The position numbers and the translations under genes were made by a program. A stretch of 64,000 nucleotides of DNA from positions 160,001 to 224,000 of the forward strand of contig OZ251518.1 in the NCBI GenBank assembly GCA_965242965.1, in the 5' to 3' direction. This document shows, piece by piece, positions 61,360 to 64,000 of this stretch. This stretch comes from Candidatus Poribacteria bacterium. Lineage in GTDB: Bacteria; Poribacteria; WGA-4E; WGA-3G. The notes beneath the pieces were generated by a model that saw nothing but the letters and a program-made list of their open reading frames with translations, made no database searches and was not told the origin of the DNA. Every line of letters begins with the position of its first letter. Positions within the stretch are counted from its first letter, which is position 1.

Positions 61360-61559
61360 CCAGGGCAGGAGCAGGTGCTCCTGCCCTACAGGCGGCGCGC
61401 ACGCTAGTCCTGTAGTTCGGGTGCGCCTGCACCCGAACGGGTCAAGATCAAGCACGCCTTACCTCATCGAGACCAGGAGGTCTCTCCTACGAGGAGGAGA
61501 AGGCATTGAGATCAGGAGGTCTCTCCTAGCGCGAAGGCATTGATATATGAAACACCCTC
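61360..61559. mobile_element. Element with right TIR only (copy I)
   Basis: ...CATTGATATATGAAACACCCTC, same end type as copy B; REP modules upstream. Confidence 0.65.
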
Positions 61560-61950
61560 ATCCTAACTTATACCGATTTGTCACCGGCTGCCATTCACGG
61601 ATGAGTGCCGTTTCAAGTTCCAACGTCTCCACCGGCTCCTCGGTAAGAGCAAAAGAGAAATAGACGAATTCGCCGAACATCCGAAGTTCAGTCCGAAGTT
61701 TCGGATTCTCCTCATTAGAGAGATGTTGTAGCAAGCGGCGGCGCACACAAGTAGTAGAAACACCGGCGTAGAGACGTTCGTAAGTTGCCTCTCCCTCAAC
61801 ATCGGTGGCGAGCCAAATTGCATATAGTCCACAGCGGTTCTTTGGTAATCGCAACACTGCCTCACGAGTGAACGGTTCGCGCGTCTTTTCTAACTGATAT
61901 TTGACGTTAAAGATTCCTGTATAGGTGGCTTGTGATTCGCGCATGCGCAT
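61558..61950 (-). CDS. GIY-YIG nuclease family protein
   Basis: GLYAIW...LYAG...RRRLLQH...LETALI...P..N. Confidence 0.75.
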   Translation of the reverse strand: MRMRESQATYTGIFNVKYQLEKTREPFTREAVLRLPKNRCGLYAIWLATDVEGEATYERLYAGVSTTCVRRRLLQHLSNEENPKLRTELRMFGEFVYFSFALTEEPVETLELETALIREWQPVTNRYKLG

Positions 61951-61986
61951 CTCCTGAAATACGGTTTTCGCTTTTGCGTAAAAACG

Positions 61987-62016
61987 TTGACATTTCTGCA
62001 CAGATTGGTGTATACT
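61987..62016 (+). promoter_or_regulatory. Promoter of rpn gene, probably leaderless transcript
   Basis: TTGACA-N18-TATACT, ATG 6 nt downstream, no SD. Confidence 0.6.
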
Positions 62017-62022
62017 ATTAAT

Positions 62023-63018
62023 ATGACACGACAAAACATCATTCAACCCGAAATTGATTGGGCAGCTATCCCTGGTCAGAAATATGACATTACCTCGAAA
62101 AGTGTGTTTCGCGCTTTTCCGCAAGATGTCGCGAGCTATCTTATGAACGATCCGACGCTTAAGTTTCTTGAATTCATTGATAGCGGACTTCCGCTCGTGG
62201 AAACACGCGAGATGGACATCTTGATGAAAGTTGAAATCCGCGGCAGGCTCACCCTGGTGCACTTTGAGATCCAGGCAGCCGAGAGCACGCATCAACGCAT
62301 GGTGCGCCGAACCGTCGGATACATCGGCAGAGTCTACGAAAAACACGGCCTGCCGGTCCGCTCACACGTTATTTACTTGCGGCCAGGTGCTGGGCGCAAT
62401 GACCCGGGGGTGTATACCCAATCGGATCCGGGGTATAGAATCCACATCGAGTATCAGGTAATTCGCCTGTATGAACTCGATGGGCAATCGGTATTAGATG
62501 CGGCGAACGTTGGTTTGATCCCGTTTGCGCCGCTGATGCAGCCGCCGGCGGGCTCGGAAGGCATCGCTTGGGTGCAGGAGTGCATCGAAGCCACGCGGGA
62601 ATTACAGCTTGAGCCGCTGAGTCGACCGGATTACTTGACATCGCTTGGGATTTTGAGCGGGCTCGCGCATGACCCGAACGTTGTCGCCACTCTCATTCCA
62701 GAGGAGGTTAGAATGGAATCAGGTTTTTATCGGCTGATGCAAGAAGAAGCGCGGCAATCAGTCGAGGCTGAAGTCCAAGCGAGGGTTGAGGCAGAAATCG
62801 AGGCAAAAACCCGCCAACGAGTCACACGCGAAAATGCTATTGAGAGCATCCTTGATGTGCTGGACGTGCGGTTTCAGTCAACTCTCATGCAACTCTTCAA
62901 GGCGCACCTGGAGCAGATTGACGATTTGCAGCAACTTAGGCAGCTGCACCGCGCAGCAGTAAGCGCACCAAGCCTTGAAGCCTTCACCGAAACTTTGGTG
63001 CAAAACGGCAACAACTAA
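62023..63018 (+). CDS. Rpn/YhgA-like PD-(D/E)xK recombination-promoting nuclease family protein
   Basis: YD..SK, EMDILM...VHFEIQ, M..R...Y, VIYL, LIPFAPL; internal SD+ATG at 62701-62715. Confidence 0.8.
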   Translation: MTRQNIIQPEIDWAAIPGQKYDITSKSVFRAFPQDVASYLMNDPTLKFLEFIDSGLPLVETREMDILMKVEIRGRLTLVHFEIQAAESTHQRMVRRTVGYIGRVYEKHGLPVRSHVIYLRPGAGRNDPGVYTQSDPGYRIHIEYQVIRLYELDGQSVLDAANVGLIPFAPLMQPPAGSEGIAWVQECIEATRELQLEPLSRPDYLTSLGILSGLAHDPNVVATLIPEEVRMESGFYRLMQEEARQSVEAEVQARVEAEIEAKTRQRVTRENAIESILDVLDVRFQSTLMQLFKAHLEQIDDLQQLRQLHRAAVSAPSLEAFTETLVQNGNN

Positions 63019-63194
63019 TTCCAAATGAGGTCGATTCGTCTTGCCTCAGTAGGACAAGATGAGTTCACTAGAACTTGATCTATTTGGAATCTGACTCCTT
63101 TGCAGGCAACCCGAAACTACTCAGGTTAATTTCGTAAATCCTGCTCGCGCATGACCCGAACGTTGTCGCCACTCTCATTCCAGAGGAGGTTAGA

Positions 63195-63581
63195 ATGGAA
63201 TCAGGTTTTTATGAGCTGATGCAAGCAGAAGCGCGGCAATCAGTTGAGGCAGAAACCCGCGCGAAAGTTGAGGCAGAAATCCGCGCGAAGGTTGAAGCAA
63301 AAATCCGGGTCGAAGTCGAGGCTGAAACCCTGGCGAAATTCATCGCAGAAATGGATGAAACCTGGACAAAGGAGTACCAGCAAGCTACCCACAAAGTTGC
63401 TGTAAAAAGCATCCTTACCGTCCTAGACATGCGATTTCAATCCATTCTGGTGCAATGCTTAAAACCAGCGATTGAGCAGATTGACGATTTGCAACAAATT
63501 AGGCAGCTGCTCCTCCAAGCATTACAAGCACCAAGCCTTGAAGCCTTCGCCGAAACGTTGGTGCAAAACGGCAACAACTAA
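63195..63581 (+). CDS. Stand-alone copy of the Rpn C-terminal domain (RpnS-like)
   Basis: SD GAGGAGG; 63143-63212 identical to 62661-62730; same C-terminus APSLEAF.ETLVQNGNN. Confidence 0.75.
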   Translation: MESGFYELMQAEARQSVEAETRAKVEAEIRAKVEAKIRVEVEAETLAKFIAEMDETWTKEYQQATHKVAVKSILTVLDMRFQSILVQCLKPAIEQIDDLQQIRQLLLQALQAPSLEAFAETLVQNGNN

Positions 63582-63590
63582 ACTTGGCAA

Positions 63591-63619
63591 GGCGCGGGCT
63601 CCTCTGTGGAGCCCGCGCC
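63591..63619. terminator. Hairpin between convergent genes
   Basis: GGCGCGGGCTCC-TCTGT-GGAGCCCGCGCC, 12-bp perfect stem. Confidence 0.6.
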
Positions 63620-63630
63620 CCCGCGCCTTC

Positions 63631-64000
63631 TCACTCCCTCAAATTCATTTCCTCCTGCACATCTTCACGCGAACGCGACGCAATGACCTCCCACGAAGTC
63701 ACAAGATTGTTGAAAAGCACCGCATTCGCCGAATCCCCGCGCCTGTCATAGTGATTATACAGAATCCGCGCCAGACGCTCAACCGACGCAACATCGCTTG
63801 ACTTAGAATCGTCCCGCATCGCACGCGCAACCCGTGCAGCACCCGACACATCATCACTCTCCTCGTTCGCAGGATTCAGTTGATATACCATCAGATAACA
63901 CGCCTCCCACGCCGTTATCTGCGACAGCGACGCATCAGCATTCCGATGCGCGGGACCATACGCCGATGGCGGCAACAACTGCACGCTTCCCTTCTCCGCC
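63631..64000 (-). CDS. C-terminus of probable DUF1156-family adenine DNA methylase (runs off right edge)
   Basis: VQLL...ITAWEAC...ERLARILY...RRG...AVLFNNLVTSWE resembles DUF1156 protein C-termini. Confidence 0.55.
   Translation of the reverse strand, partial: AEKGSVQLLPPSAYGPAHRNADASLSQITAWEACYLMVYQLNPANEESDDVSGAARVARAMRDDSKSSDVASVERLARILYNHYDRRGDSANAVLFNNLVTSWEVIASRSREDVQEEMNLRE

Noticed and set aside
10638-61560. Selenoproteins or UGA read-through at TIR-generated TGA stops
   Set aside because: No in-frame UGA at a conserved Cys position was found by eye; the proteins are complete at these stops and the downstream sequence is repeat-derived.

Overview
Bacterial chromosomal window of about 55-58% GC (estimated by eye). 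Gene content (WD40/TPR/YCF48/PQQ propellers, PhyH dioxygenases, many DNA methyltransferases, very repeat-rich intergenic DNA) resembles sponge-symbiont lineages such as Ca. Poribacteria; this taxonomy is inference only. Housekeeping genes: dapL-like aminotransferase, dapB, lipA, selC (tRNA-Sec), selB, two lepB, lepA, argB, an Sdh1-type sdh operon, rho-rpmE-prfA-prmC. The most notable unexplained structure is a family of non-coding elements bounded by the terminal inverted repeat GAGGGTGTTTCATAA...TTATGAAACACCCTC. Four copies have 8-9 bp target-site duplications. Their interiors are variable mosaics of at least six GTAG-type REP hairpins. One copy (28873-32792) encloses a complete single-chain restriction-modification gene, and others rewrite stop codons or break a toxin gene. 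Candidate defence/conflict modules: tandem MTase-nuclease fusions with unrelated target-recognition regions; a TPR-UPF0175 antitoxin fusion with a broken DUF3368 PIN toxin; an ADP-ribosyltransferase-like gene plus partner inside the sdh operon; and an Rpn nuclease with an intragenic start plus a second orphan C-terminal (RpnS-like) copy next to GIY-YIG and DUF1156-like genes. No transposase, RAYT, integrase or cas gene is visible in the window.
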